64,000 nucleotides of DNA from Eledone cirrhosa (Eukaryota): the NCBI GenBank assembly GCA_964016885.1, contig OZ024749.1:21886001-21950000 (forward strand), in the 5' to 3' direction. Below, piece by piece: positions 38,029-53,541 of this stretch. A model generated the notes under the pieces. The model had not been told where the DNA came from, searched no databases, and was given only the letters and a program-made list of their open reading frames with translations. Position 1 is the first letter of the stretch. The number at the start of each line of letters is the position of its first letter. The translations under genes and the position numbers were made by a program.

Positions 38029-38071
38029 GTATATATATATACGTGTATGTATATATATATATATATGTATG

Positions 38072-38155
<84 letters not shown>

Positions 38156-38590
38156 TTTATCCTGGGTTCAATCAAGGGTAACCACAGTAAGTAAGGTACT
38201 CCATACATAGCAGAGTATAAATATTTAATATAGAAATGCCATAATTATAATAATAATAATAGATTTAGGAAATCCCACTACCTCAAGATGTTTTGTGCAC
38301 CTCTGGCAGTGTAACACTGTCACACATTATCTTTCTAGATTATAACTGAAAGGAATTGAAGAAAAATAGAGAATATTGAAACAGGTTTAGTTGTGAAATG
38401 GCAATAACTGAATAATCAGTTAAGGTTATCAATAAAATTTATAGAACTAATATCTACCAATTAATTAATTAATTTAGTTAATATAGATATCATAAATATA
38501 TACCTTATATATACGTATGACTGTATATGAATATATATATATATATATATATAATATAAGATCAAAAGATGGTTAAAGCAGTTCCATATA

Positions 38591-38657
38591 TTTTATTATG
38601 CGCATTTCAAAAACAAACATCATCAAACAATAATATTTGTGTTTTCATCAGATAAAA
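38591..38657 (-). ncRNA. Type I hammerhead ribozyme (TGCGCA family)
   Basis: TTTTAT CTGATGA [36-nt hairpin] GAAA TGCGCA TA | ATAAAA. Confidence 0.82.
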
Positions 38658-38758
38658 CAGGAGAACATGATATGAAGGCTAAAAAACACTTGTTGATAGT
38701 GCAGTTTTAAATCAACATATCTGCATTGCTTTATTGTACTACAATAAAACTCACCTCC

Positions 38759-38800
<42 letters not shown>

Positions 38801-38801
<1 letters not shown>

Positions 38802-39664
38802 TAGCAGAATGGCCCGGTGTTGCTCGGGATTTTAAACATAGATTGGCATGTTTATCCATCCTTTCTGAAACAGTACAGAGAAGTACGGAATACCTCGGCC
38901 TGGGGATGGTGTCTACATTTTGTGCTTATAACAAAAGTTCGTCGTAGATTACCAGGGGTTTAACTTAATTGGGTGCCTGAGAGTAAAATGTTCAAACCAC
39001 GAAAGCCAAAACGATAGGGTTAATTAAAAAGGCATTCGACAAACCGAACACGTATTTGTTGTGCTATGGTACAATGAAAGCAATAGTTACAGAGCAGTAA
39101 GCATGTGGGACTGCAGTGGTGGAGAGCATGAAGGAATTTAGTTGGTTACTTTTAAGGTTACTGGCCCTAACGCAACCAAAATGCTAAACAATGCGGTCCG
39201 CGGGCAAAAATTTGAAATCTTTTTCAGTCAAGAAAATTTGTGAAACATAAGTAATGCATATGCAAAGTTGAAAAAATATTGGTTGGGTACTTCTCGAGTT
39301 ACAGGCCCTAACGCAACCAAATGCTTCAAAAAATCGGGTTTTCGCCTAATGAGGCAAAACTGAGAAAATCTTTTTTGCTCAAAACACTTTAAACGACATA
39401 AGTAATGAAAACGACATAAGTAATGAAAATTTTGAAGAAATCGCCTGAATTATTGTTCCGTTATGCCTCAAAAGAGCCTTTAAAGCCTAAAATATGCGGT
39501 TTTTCGCCTAATGGGGTTCCTAGGGCATTGAAACTTTGAAATATTTGTTGCTCAAAACACTCACACGACCATAAGTATTACATGTGCACAGTTTGAAAAA
39601 AATCGGTTGGGTGGTTCTCGAATTTTATGGAAACAGACAGACAGACATTCTCTTATATATATAT
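38801..39664 (-). mobile_element. Non-autonomous Helitron-like element
   Basis: Minus-strand 3' end CCCGAGCAACACCGGG..CTAG-T; (GTCT)n near the 5' end; homologous to 14677-15639. Confidence 0.75.
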
Positions 39665-39665
39665 G

Positions 39666-39810
39666 GCGGTTTGCAAGTGAATTCGGCCTACTTATATGAA
39701 ATGATGAGTTAGCAAAGCACTCGCGGCTTTCACCCTTAACGGGATCTTCTGAAGATCCCGTTAAGGGTGAAAGCAGCGATTCTTTGCTTAAATTTAAATG
39801 TTATTTTAAT
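39666..39810. repeat. Short palindrome of the 12561/20725 family
   Basis: CTTTCACCCTTAACGGGATCTTC-T-GAAGATCCCGTTAAGGGTGAAAG. Confidence 0.8.
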
Positions 39811-39985
39811 CCATCCATATATATATATATATATGTATATATATGTATACATACATATATGTATACATACATACATATATGTATACATACATACATATAT
39901 GTATACATACATACATATATATATACATACATATATGTATACATACATATATATATACATACATACATATATATATATATATACA

Positions 39986-40016
<31 letters not shown>

Positions 40017-40018
40017 AT

Positions 40019-40081
<63 letters not shown>

Positions 40082-40390
40082 CATACATACATACATACAT
40101 ACATACATACATACATACATACATACATACATACATACATACATACCATCATGCTATTACTAATGTCGAATTATAGCAGAAATGTATTTATCATATGGAG
40201 ATGACAAAGACGAGAAATCATGTTGAGTGACAAACCAGCTATATTAAATTTAATTAAAATTAAATTAAGTTAATTCTATTAGTTAGTGAAATTGATAGTA
40301 TTTAACTGAAGTTAATTAATTATATTCATATCCAATTAAGTTTCAAAAGTATTAAATTAAAATACAAATTAACATACATTATTATTGGTT

Positions 40391-40575
40391 CGATTGGCAG
40401 TATCGGTAGAGGGTCGGACGCCATGCTTTGCAAGCAAATAGTTACGACCTTTTATGTCTGAGTTCAAATCCCACCGAGGTTAACTCTGCCTTTCATCCTT
40501 ACGAGTTCGATAAAATAAAGTACCAGTAATGTACTGGGATAATTGCTGGCCTTGTGCCAAAAGTAGAAACAATTA
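40391..40575 (+). mobile_element. tRNA-derived SINE, family 1
   Basis: A and B boxes and body. Confidence 0.9.
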
Positions 40576-42019
40576 TTAATGTAACAGTGATGTTAAAGAC
40601 GGAAAAGTCAGAAGGATCGTTTACATATACGATATTTGTTAACATAAATTATACTTGTTAATTAATGAATCTATAATTAATAATTTCTTTATTTATAATT
40701 AATTGTTTTTGTTTCTAAATGCCAACTAATTAGGGTTAAATCAGTATTAATTTAATTACTATTGGCTCTGTTTACTTTAAATTACTTAAACTACATATTA
40801 GAATATTCTCGGCAAAACTGCTCTGCTAGAAAACGAGTCGCTGGTGCGGATAGCAATACGGCCACCAGATATGATGGTTATTTGTAATATAAGCTGGCAC
40901 CTGTCGGACAAATAAGCAACCCCAGACCAACAACGGAGAGATGGATCAATGGGTGACACCAGTACTTCCCAAGAAAATTCTCACAACCCAGTGACGTAAC
41001 AATGAGAAGGCGAATAAAGGGCACCTCTAAAAAAAAAGCCTAAACTTCGCGGGTTTGACAAAGGACCAGATGGGGTGACTGGTGCGAATAAGACGACCAA
41101 AACTGGAACTGCAATATGGTGGGAGAAACAAAATGGAAACATACCGCATCGTCCTTCACGCGGGTTAACAACGGAGGCATTCAGGCCTTACGTAGAGGGG
41201 CCTGTTCGAAATATATATTGCAGTCTCCATTTTATTCTGCAAAAACTGGCGATGGGCCTGCGGCTTGTCCAGGGAAGCATGGGATGGACACAAAAAGATT
41301 GCGTATTCCGAGATCCCAATGAGGGTCTAGAAGGAAGCAAACTTTGACAATTGGAACATGGAACATCATAACCCTTACCGGCTAGATATAGTCGTGGTTT
41401 CCTCAACAAGGTTCCGTTGCTCTGATGCTGTAGAGCGGCTCTCTGATCTCTGAGCTACAAATCTGTACAGAGGTTATTTCCTGAGACATTCTAACCACAT
41501 GTTCATAGTATCGGAAAGAGGTAGTGGTAGAAGGAAGGTGTAAAAAGAGAGGTAGAGAGAGAGGGGTAGAGAGAGAGAAAGGTAGAGAGAGAGAGGGGTA
41601 GAGGGAGAGAGGGGTAGAGGGAGAGAGAGGTAGAGAGAGAGGGGTAGAGGGAGAGAAGTAGATATGAGATGTATTTCATGGTTATACAGTAATTACAGAG
41701 AGAGAGAGAGATATTAGATGTATTTCATGGCTGTACAGTAATTAGAGGGAGACTAGTAGAGAGGTATATATATAGAGAGAGAGGTAGAGAGAGAGAGAGG
41801 TAGAGTGAGAGAGGCAGAGAGAGGATGAGAGAGAGAGAGAGATAGAAAGAGAGGTAGAGAGAGAGAGAGGTAGGAAGAGAGGTAGATATTAGATGTATTT
41901 CATGGCTGTGCAGTAATTACAATCAACTTGAAATCAATTGATATATTGGAAAGAAAATAAAATGTAAATTGTAGTTGGAAATCTCACGAGATTTGGTGTC
42001 AATATAATTAGGAGAGCTA

Positions 42020-45003
42020 CTTGTGGTGGTGGTGGTGGTGGTCGACGTGTACATGGTGGTGATGGTGAGAGAGCTAATGATGATAGCGGTGGTGGTGATC
42101 ATTGTAGAGGTGGTGGTGGTTTTAGTGGTAGTGGTGGGAATTCTGGTTTTAGTTGTGGTGGTGGTGGTGGTGGTGGGGATTGTGGTTTTAGTGGTGGTGG
42201 TGGTGGTTGTGGTTGTAGTAATGGTTGTGGTGATGGTGATGGTGGTGGTGGTGGTGGGGGTTGTGGTTTTAGTGGTGGTGGTGGTGGTGATGGTGGGATT
42301 GTGGTTTTAGTGGTGGTGATGGTGGGGGTGGTTGTAGTAGTGGTTGTGGTGGTGGTGGTGGTGGGGATTGTAGTTTTAGCGGTGGTGGTGGTTGTAGTAG
42401 TGGTTGTGATGGTGATGATGGTGGTGGTGGTTGTAGTAGTGGTGGTGATGGTGGTGGAAGTGGACTTAATGTGGTGGTGGAGGGATTGGTGGTGATGTTG
42501 TTGGTAGTGTTCGTATTGGTGATGGCGGTGTTGGTTGTGTTTGTTTTTCTGGTGGTATTGGGGTTTTTTTGGTGGGGGGTGGGTTACGTTGGTGGTGGTT
42601 GCGTTGGTGGTCGTGGTCGTGTTGGTTTTGTTGTTGTTGGTGGTGGTTGTGTTGGTGGTGGTGTGAGTGGTGCTGGTTTTGTTGTTGGTAGAGGTGGTGG
42701 TGGTTATGGTGGTGGTAGTGATAATGATGGCTGTGATGTTGGTGGCGGTGGTGGACTAAATGATAATGATGGTGGTGTTGTTGGTGATTAATAACTAATG
42801 AGAGAGAGAGAGGGTTTTAATCCCGAGAAACTGCAGCAATTTCAAATTCTATGACATTTCCTTGTCTCTATGGAATATATATATTGGTTTCAATGTAGGG
42901 TTGTATCACCTTACTTTACTACTGCTTGTTGTTTGTATAGTGGCGGTGTCCATTGTGGTGGTAACGTTGGTGTTATTGGTGGTGGTGGTGTGGTGGTGTT
43001 CATTATGGTGGGAGTGGTGTTGTTGGTTGTAGTGGTCATTGTGGTGGTGTTGGTGCCGGTGTTCATTATGGTAGGGGTGCTGTTGGTGGTGGTCATTAAG
43101 GTGGTGGTGGGGTGTGGTGGGGTGGGGTTGTTTGTGGTAGCGGTGTTGGTGATGTTAGTGGTGCTGGTGTTTGTGGTGATGGTGGGCGGTGTTCATTGTG
43201 GTGGTGGTGTTGGTGGTATTGGTGGTGGTGTTGGTAGTGTTTGTGGTGGTGGTCAATTTGGTGCTGGTGGTAGTATTCATTGTGGTGGGAGTGGTGTTGC
43301 TGGTATTGCTGGTGGTGGTGTTGGTGGCGGTAGTCAAGGTGGTTGTGGTGCTTCTACTTGTGGTAATGGTGATAGTTGTTGATATTGGTGATAGTAATGT
43401 TGGCGGGATTTTTGTTGTGGTGTTTTATTGATATTGGTGGTGATGGAGGTGATGGTATTGGTGGTGATGGGAGTGATGGTGGTGGTGGCGGAATGTTTGT
43501 GATAGTGTTTTATTGATATTGGTGGCGATGGTGGTGGTGGTGATGGTAGTGGTGGTGGTGGTGGTGGTAATGGTGATGGTAGTGGTGGTGATGGAGGTGA
43601 TGGTATCGGTGGTGATGGTGTTGGTGGTGATGGTTGTGGTGGTGATGGTAGTGGTGGTGATGGTAGTGGTGGTGATGGTGGTGATGGTAGTGGTGGTGAT
43701 GGAGGTGATGGTGGTGATGGTAGTGGTGGTGGTGATGGTGGTCGTGGCGATGGTAGTGGTGGTGATGGTAGTGGTGGTGGTGGTGGTGGTAGTGGTGGTG
43801 ATGGAGGTGATGGTGGTGATGGTAGTGGTGGTGGTGATGGTGGTCGTGGCGATGGTAGTGGTGGTGATGGTAGTGGCGGTGGTGGTGGTGGTAGTGGTGG
43901 TGATGGAGGTGATGGTGGTGATGGTAGTGGTGGTGGTGATGGTGGTCGTGGCGATGGTAGTGGTGGTGATGGTAGTGGTGGTGGTGGTGGTGGTAGTGGT
44001 GGTGATGGAGGTGATGGTATTGGTGGTGATGGTGTTGGTGGTGGTGGTTGTGGTGGTGATGGTAGTGGTGGTGATGGTGGTGATGGTGGTGGTGGTGATG
44101 GTTGTGGTGGTGATGGTAGTGGTGGTGGTGGTAGTGGTGGTGATGGAGGTGATGGTATTGGTGGTATTGGTGGTGATGGTGTTGGTGGTGATGGTTGTGG
44201 TGGTGATGGTAGTGGTGGTGATGGTAGTGGTGGTGATGGTGGTGACGGTAGTGGTGGTGATGGAGGTGATGGTGGTGATGGTAGTGGTGGTGGTGATGGT
44301 GGTCGTGGCGATGGTAGTGGTGGTGATGGTAGTGGTGGTGGTGGTGGTGGTAGTGGTGGTGATGGAGGTGATGGTATTGGTGGTGATGGTGTTGGTGGTG
44401 ATGGTTGTGGTGGTGATGGTAGTGGTGGTGATGGAGGTGATGGTGGTGATAATGTTTTTCCTGATATGGAGCGAGGTCATCGTTTAGGCGTTAATTTTTC
44501 TTGTTTATTTTATTTTTGCTGTTGTTCTTACTACTGTTACTGTTGTTGTTGTTGTTGTTGTTGTTGATCTTACTACTGTTACTGTTGTTGTTGTTCTTAC
44601 TACTGTTACTGTTGTTGTTGTTGTTGTTGTTGTTCTTACTACTGTTACTGTTGTTGTTGTTCTTACTACTGTTACTGTTGTTGTTACTACTGTTACTGTT
44701 GTTCTTGTTCTTACTACTGTTACTGTTGTTGTTGTTCTTACTACTGTTACTGTTGTTGTTGTTGTTGTTGTTGTTCTTACTACTGTTACTGTTGTTGTTG
44801 TTGTTGTTGTTGTTCTTACTACTGTTACTGTTGTTGTTACTACTGTTACTGTTGTTCTTGTTCTTACTACTGTTACTGTTGTTGTTGTTGTTGTTACTGT
44901 TACTGTTATTATTGTTGATGTTGTTGATGATGATGATGATGTCGATGTGGTTCTGTTGTAGAATCTGTTTTGTAGATGATGCTGATGTTATTGATGATGT
45001 TGA

Positions 45004-45034
<31 letters not shown>

Positions 45035-45045
45035 ATTGTTGTTGT
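42020..45045. repeat. (GGT)n/(GAT)n/(GTT)n compound microsatellite field
   Basis: Directly visible. Confidence 0.95.
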
Positions 45046-45052
45046 TCATGTT

Positions 45053-45076
45053 TGTGATCCATACACAAACACCCAG

Positions 45077-45108
<32 letters not shown>

Positions 45109-45200
45109 TCACAGGCGCTGTGATCCACACACACAAACACCCAGATACACACACACACACACGATCACAGGCACTGATCCACACACACAAACACCCAGAT

Positions 45201-45234
<34 letters not shown>

Positions 45235-45272
45235 TCACAGGCACTGTGATCCACACACACAAACACCCAGAT

Positions 45273-45304
<32 letters not shown>

Positions 45305-45560
45305 TCACAGGCACTGTGATCCACACACACAAACACCCAGACACACACACACGATCACAACACTGATCCACACACACAAATACCCAGACACACACACACG
45401 ATCACAGGCACTGATCCACACACACAAACACCCAGATACACACACACACACACACACGCACAGACACGATCACAGGCACTGTGATCCACACACACAAACA
45501 CCCAGATACACACACGATCACAGGCACTGATCCACACACACAGACACCCAGACACACACA
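45053..45560. repeat. CA-rich minisatellite, ~45-70-bp units, about 8 copies
   Basis: Recurring GATCCACACACACAAACACCCAGA...CACGATCACAGGCACT. Confidence 0.9.
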
Positions 45561-46195
45561 CACACACATACAAACAGACACAAACACACACACAAACACA
45601 CCCACATACACACACACAGACGCACACACAAACACACAAACACACACACACATAAACACAAACACACACACACACATACAAACACAGACACAAACACACA
45701 CACAAACACACAAACACAAACACACACACATACAAACACAGACACAGACACAAACACAAACACACACACATACAAACACAGACACAAACACAAACACACA
45801 CACATCCGTAGAATCTTATCAAACTGAGAAAAGCCACACTGAAATCTAGTCTGATAATTATCTCGGCCAGTCTCTAGCTTTATCTTAATTACAATTTTAC
45901 ACCTTTCACATATAACTTACCTGAGATTTTACACTTAACTTTCTGGAGCTTCGATAAACCTTTATCTACCTCCACATCCACCACCACACACTCTCTCTAT
46001 CTCTCTCTTTCTTTCTCTCTTTTTCTCTCCCTCATTCTCTCAGTCGCTCTCTCACTCTCTCTATCTCTCTCATATAACTTACCTGAGATTTTACACTTAA
46101 CTTTCTGGAGCTTCGATAAACCTTTATCTACCCCCACATCCACCACCACACACTTTCTCTCTCTCTCTCACTCTCTCTCTCTCTCTCTCCCTCAT

Positions 46196-46247
<52 letters not shown>

Positions 46248-46532
46248 CCTCTCCCTCTGTCATTAGAGATTTTACACTTACGTTTCTAAAGCATTATCTA
46301 TATGCACCCGCCTCTCTCTCTCACTCACTCTCTCCCTCACTCACTCTCATTCACACACTCTCACTCACACTCACACACTCTTTATGCCCCCCTCTCTCTC
46401 TTGAACTCGTACATCTGTTTGCGTGAGTATATGTCATCATGCGTTTATATGCATACATATATTTATATTTGTTGATGTGTATGTATATATAATTATATTC
46501 CCCACACACAAATATATATATATGTAGTGCGT

Positions 46533-46573
46533 GGCTCTGATGATCGCCAACAGCGTGAAACAGACTGTTAGCT
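46533..46573 (+). ncRNA. Compact type I hammerhead ribozyme
   Basis: GGCT CTGATGA t-CGC-CAACA-GCG-t GAAA CAGACTG TT | AGCT. Confidence 0.75.
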
Positions 46574-46988
46574 TCTCTCCCTTCTTTCGCCGAAAAGAAG
46601 TAAGTGGCATAGTCACTACTTTAAAACCGATAGTGTAAGGTCTTCAAAATGTTTTTAATTAAACATACAGTATATTGCCAAATATACTATACATACATTC
46701 ATGTATACATCGCTATTTCAAAGCACCAATCCTAATATCTATATATATAATATTACTTTTATCGCACCAAAAGATTTCGTGTAGAACAACATAATCAATG
46801 GTAAGTTTCTAATTAATCTTAGGTGTATGGGGAATAATATATATATATTTTGGTGCGATAAAAGTAATCTTTTCTTCACCGTGTATGTATATATATATAT
46901 ACATGTTATCCCATATATATATATATACATGTTATCCCATATATATATATATACATGTTATCCCATATATATATATATACATGTTATC

Positions 46989-47038
<50 letters not shown>

Positions 47039-47541
47039 GTTATCCCATATATATATATATATATATATATAATAACTAGAAATTGATTAACATATAAATA
47101 TACATGAATAATCACAGGAGATAATTTTTGCACGCGTGTAACCACGCATAGCTAGTTTGGGTAATAATTAAATTTATACCTTTAAGTATGATTAACCTTC
47201 CTTGTATATATCCCATTAAAGAAATATATTTCACCAATTAATCAGATGGTAAGTCACGGAAAGTGGATATTATTGGATTGTCAACAAGGAAGAGTAATAA
47301 TGTCCAGCTATCCGTCCTTACAGAACGAGTTTAAATCTTCATCTAGCCGCTACCACGTGTTGTGTCTACACATGATAGCAGTTTCGTTTCAGTGGCGTGA
47401 ATAGGTATTCGACAACTAGAAATAGCAGTCAAATTCTCTTCAACAGAAATAGCTCTACAATTAAGGAGCCGTATATATATATATATATATACATGTTATC
47501 CCATGTATATATATATATATATATTATATATATAATATATA

Positions 47542-47731
47542 TAATTGTTTCTACTTTTGGCACAAGGCCAGCAATTTCCCAGTGTATTACTGGTACTTTA
47601 TTTTATCGACCCCGTAAGGATGAAAGGCAAAGTTAACCTCGGCGGGATTTGAACTCAGAATGGCAAGGGCCGTAACTCTATGCGTCAAAGCATGGCGTCC
47701 GACCCTCTACCGATACTGCCAATTCACCGCC
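47542..47731 (-). mobile_element. tRNA-derived SINE, family 1
   Basis: A and B boxes and body. Confidence 0.9.
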
Positions 47732-47758
47732 ATTATATATTATATATATATATATATA

Positions 47759-47790
<32 letters not shown>

Positions 47791-47872
47791 ATATATATAT
47801 ATAGAATATATATATATATATATTATATATATATATATAATATATATATATATATAATATATATATATATAT

Positions 47873-48285
47873 GGGATAAAAAGTTATCGTTATAGGTAAT
47901 CCAGTTAGAGGTTGTGAGTACTCTGTGTCGTGGATAGTTTTAACGTACGGCTTTGTTTGACTCAATAAGTTGTTTCGATAGTTAGGTGGCGAGTTCTCGA
48001 GAATTCCTATCTAGGTTATATTTGGAGTAATAATAGTGAAAGAATGAAGAATAACATGGTCGGCTGTACAACAAGGGAATTTATTTCAAGTATTAACAGT
48101 TGTTTCATTGATCAGGTGACTCTAAAAGTCGCTAATCGCTCGAAGTTGCGTCACTCGACCTCCAGGTAATGCAACTTCGAGCGATTAGCGGCCTCTAGAC
48201 TCACCTGATCAATGAAACAATTGTTAATACTTGAAATAAATCCCCTTGTTGTACAGCCGACCATGTTATTCTTCAATCTTTCCCT
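47873..48285. repeat. TA-flanked element ending in a ~230-bp palindrome (48044-48275)
   Basis: GAAGAATAACATGGTCGGCTGTACAACAAGG is mirrored at 48243-48273. Confidence 0.85.
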
Positions 48286-48527
48286 ATATATATATATATA
48301 TATATACATATATGTATGTATGTATGAACGTGTATGTATGTATAAATAAGTGTGTATAAGTATATGGATGTGCATGTGTATGTGCACATGGTAGTTAAGG
48401 TACATATATATATATAAATATATTGATTATAGAAACCTCCGGATTTCGGAGGCAAACTTCATTGTAAAACACACTCCTTCTCTGAACCGCGGCATGGAGT
48501 TGAATACATGATGATACATATAGAAAA

Positions 48528-48655
48528 ATAATTGTTTCTACTTTTGGCACAAGGCCAGCAATTACCCAGTGCATTACTGGTTGGTACTTTATTTTATCGA
48601 CCCCGTAAGGATGAAAGGCAAAGTTAACCTCTGCGGGATTTGAACTCAGATCATA
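48528..48655 (-). mobile_element. 5'-truncated SINE, family 1
   Basis: Body and B box only. Confidence 0.85.
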
Positions 48656-49030
48656 GAAAAATAATGATACTTGTAGTGTTGCACTTGTGACTTCCAATTT
48701 ATCAATAAGAAAAGAAATCAGCTCGTCTGAAGAGTACTAACGAAATCGAAACCATGATCTGAATAAATATTGTAAATTATTTTAGGCACAATTTCCAGGT
48801 TTTTTTAGTTATATTTTATGAAATTTTCTAACTTTACTCATACTGTTTGTTATTATACACCGACCCACGACTGACTGTATAAACATGTTGTTTGACATAC
48901 ATGAAAGTAATATATATGCAAACACACACACACATACACACACACACACACACACAGACACACACACATATATATATATATATATACATGAAAATGGACG
49001 TGCGCATGGGTATATACATACATATGTGTG

Positions 49031-49082
<52 letters not shown>

Positions 49083-49241
49083 CACAAACACATATACATA
49101 GATACATGTATAGATACACACACAGAGACAGACACATATATATTAAATAATTTAGGGTGACAGCTGTGTTCAGTATTGCTTAGTGTTAGTTCCGGGTCTA
49201 TATTTACAAAGTAAAGATTGAAAAAGCAAGACAAATTATAT

Positions 49242-49334
<93 letters not shown>

Positions 49335-49425
49335 ACAAAAACGATGCAATTTGAAAAGTATATGTAAAAAAAATCAAGGAGAAACACAAACAAAAAGGAA
49401 ATATGTGTGTATGTATGTATAATAG

Positions 49426-49466
<41 letters not shown>

Positions 49467-49627
49467 GTATATATATGCAAGTATATATATATACATATAT
49501 ATGCATGTATATATATATACATATATATATATACATATGCATGAATACATATATATGCATATATACACATATATGCATGTATATATATATATATATATAT
49601 ATATATGATATATATATATGATATATA

Positions 49628-49674
<47 letters not shown>

Positions 49675-49681
49675 ATATATA

Positions 49682-49767
<86 letters not shown>

Positions 49768-49860
49768 ATATATATATATGATATATATATGCATATATAT
49801 ATACATATATATATATATATATGATATAGATATGCATATATATATATATATATATATATA

Positions 49861-49923
<63 letters not shown>

Positions 49924-50022
49924 TATCTATATCATATATATATATATATATGGATATATATATGCATATATATATCATATATATATATATATATGCATAT
50001 ATATATCATATATATATATCAT

Positions 50023-50070
<48 letters not shown>

Positions 50071-50091
50071 ATATATATATGATATATATAT

Positions 50092-50137
<46 letters not shown>

Positions 50138-50178
50138 ATATATATATATATGATATATATATATATATGATATATATA

Positions 50179-50212
<34 letters not shown>

Positions 50213-50355
50213 GTATATATATGCATGTATACATATATATATGTGTATGCATATATATATATATACATGTATGTATATACATATACATGTATGCATATAT
50301 ATATATATACATGTATGCATATATATATACATGTATGCATATATATATACATGTA

Positions 50356-50414
<59 letters not shown>

Positions 50415-50559
50415 TATGTATATATATAGATAGATAGATAGATAGATATACATACATATATATAGAGATAGATAGATATACATAAATATATATATATATA
50501 TATATATATATGATATATATATGTATATATATATATATATATAGATAGATAGATATACT

Positions 50560-50747
<188 letters not shown>

Positions 50748-51058
50748 CATCCATATATATATACACATACCTACATATATATATATAACTGGACAATTTA
50801 ATAGTCTAGAGTAAACTCGATTAATTCCCGGCCATCAATATATAATAGGTGGTTAGGTCTTTCTACCTGTTTATTGTTCTAGTGTACACATTGCTCTCAA
50901 CAAATATATGAAGAAATAATTTTATTTTATTCAGACAAACTGGAAAGGTATGTTCTCAGTTTGTTAACTTTGTCGCTATTATTGTTGTATATATTAAGTT
51001 GTCCTTAGATATGTATGTATATATGTGTATATACATGTCTGTGTGTGTGGGTGAATTC

Positions 51059-51159
<101 letters not shown>

Positions 51160-51235
51160 TATATGTATGTACATATAATATATATATATGTATATATGTA
51201 TAATATATATATATACATATATACATACGTGTATG

Positions 51236-51274
<39 letters not shown>

Positions 51275-51343
51275 ACATAAATATATGTATGTACATATAA
51301 TATTTATAATATATATATATATATATACATAAATATATGTATG

Positions 51344-51438
<95 letters not shown>

Positions 51439-51574
51439 AATATATGTATGTACATATAATATTTATTATATATATATATATATATATAAAGAGAGAGAGG
51501 AGGTTAGATGTAGCCAGCTCAGTCGAGAGAGAAAGAGATGTAGCTAGTTCAAGTCCAGAAATAACTGCAATTAT

Positions 51575-51735
51575 AGTCAGTTGCTGATAAAAAATCCTTA
51601 GTGACGAAAAAATGTTGCCAGTGTTCTCTGCGCAGAATCGAAATGCGTGTCATTCAGTTCGATTCTTTGTAGCAGCAGGAAACATTTTTCCGTCTCTAAG
51701 GATTTTTCTGAGCTATTTTATAGCATCTGACTGTA
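51575..51735. repeat. Old imperfect inverted repeat (MITE-like)
   Basis: AAAAATCCTTAGTGACGAAAAAATGTT versus AACATTTTTCCGTCTCTAAGGATTTTT; AGAATCGAA/TTCGATTCT. Confidence 0.6.
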
Positions 51736-51962
51736 TCAGGCCTTCCTATATTTTATTATAAATATATCTCTTCGGCGCTTAGTAAGTTCGAAAATTCGAG
51801 CTTCAAACACGATATATATATATATATATACACATATACATACGCACACACATATACACACACACACACATACACACACACATATACACACTCACGCACA
51901 CATACACACACACACATATACACACACACGCACACACACACACACATATATATATTTCTTCG

Positions 51963-51998
<36 letters not shown>

Positions 51999-52849
51999 GA
52001 TATCATTGTAATACTGTTCTTGATTGTATTGTATTCAGACATGATGCATCGTGGGTTAATCCTTTTAATCCTAAATCTCACATCTATATCGTTTCAAATC
52101 TTATTTATAAAGGAGACGGTGTGTTTTATTTTATTTCATTTTATTTTATATTTTCACACCTATGTCTTTGTTGTCTTTTAAACCTCGATATAGATCTTAT
52201 GTGTTAGAGGTAAAAAAAAATCGGTTGATTGATGTTGATTATGTTATGGTAACAGGGTTTTCTCACCAAAGCACCCTGGATTTATATTTTATGGCTTTTA
52301 ATTTCCTGCGCAAGAGTATGTATGTATGTGATGTGTCGAAGCTCAGTACATTACAGTGACTTTTTACATAAAGATAAAGTTCATGTGTTTGAACTTATTG
52401 TTCCCTTTGCACTTTTATGGAGTTATTTAAAATGGCGGATATTACGATGTTTTCTTTTTATTTTATCGATAATTTTTTCTTTCGTTTCGTTATCCACATA
52501 CGTTAAAAGTTATTTCATTATCACGTGAAATGTGTGTATCTCTCAAATCTTTTTATTTTCAAATGTTAGAAGTTGTATGCAACAGAAGAATATATTTGAT
52601 AGTTTACTATACGAGAATTGACGTGTTTTCAAAACGTATTTTCATATTGTCTCTCACGATATCAACGATAAATTTTAATACAAGAATGGATCGTTTTTTT
52701 AATCCAGTTCTCGTTAAAAGCGATTTGTTGTCGGAAAGACAGCTTCCAGTATATGAAATAACTTCTTTTCCAAGTTGTTTTTTTTTTCGTATTTTTTTAC
52801 ACCAATTTTTAGATTGTACGCATTCTATAGTTTCCTCAGTAATTTACAG

Positions 52850-52904
<55 letters not shown>

Positions 52905-52992
52905 TATGGTGTGCTCGTGCGCAGAATAATATAAGATGGGTTATAAAATAGTGTGAAGACTCATAAAGACGGAAAAAGAAATTCCCATCGGC

Positions 52993-53050
<58 letters not shown>

Positions 53051-53228
53051 ATGTGTGTATATTTATATGTCTAATGAAAAAGGATATGTTTCGAAATCAA
53101 TAGACATTTCCGAGGAACCTGCGAGTCTAGAGTCAGGTCGATCCACACATGGATCGCACCTCGAGCTAATTGTAACACAAAATAAATTGAGTTCCGATGC
53201 ATCACTGAATTTTCGTTTTCCATTATAT

Positions 53229-53328
<100 letters not shown>

Positions 53329-53501
53329 CACACACACACACATATATATATATAAATATACACACACACACATACATATATTTATACACACACACACATA
53401 TATATATATACACACACATATATATATATATATACACACACATATATATATATACACACACATACACATATATATTTATATACACACACACATACATATT
53501 T

Positions 53502-53541
<40 letters not shown>

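Noticed and set aside
40810-41500. Higher-complexity segment with short ORFs
   Set aside because: Probably a decayed TE, but I recognise no motif, so it is not called.
48723-48752. CTGAAGA-GTACTAAC-GAAATCGA hammerhead-like string
   Set aside because: Lacks the UH site and stem I; at best a relic.
53066-53108. CTAATGA...GAAA hammerhead-like string
   Set aside because: Essential G5 is mutated and stems II and III are weak; not supportable as a feature.
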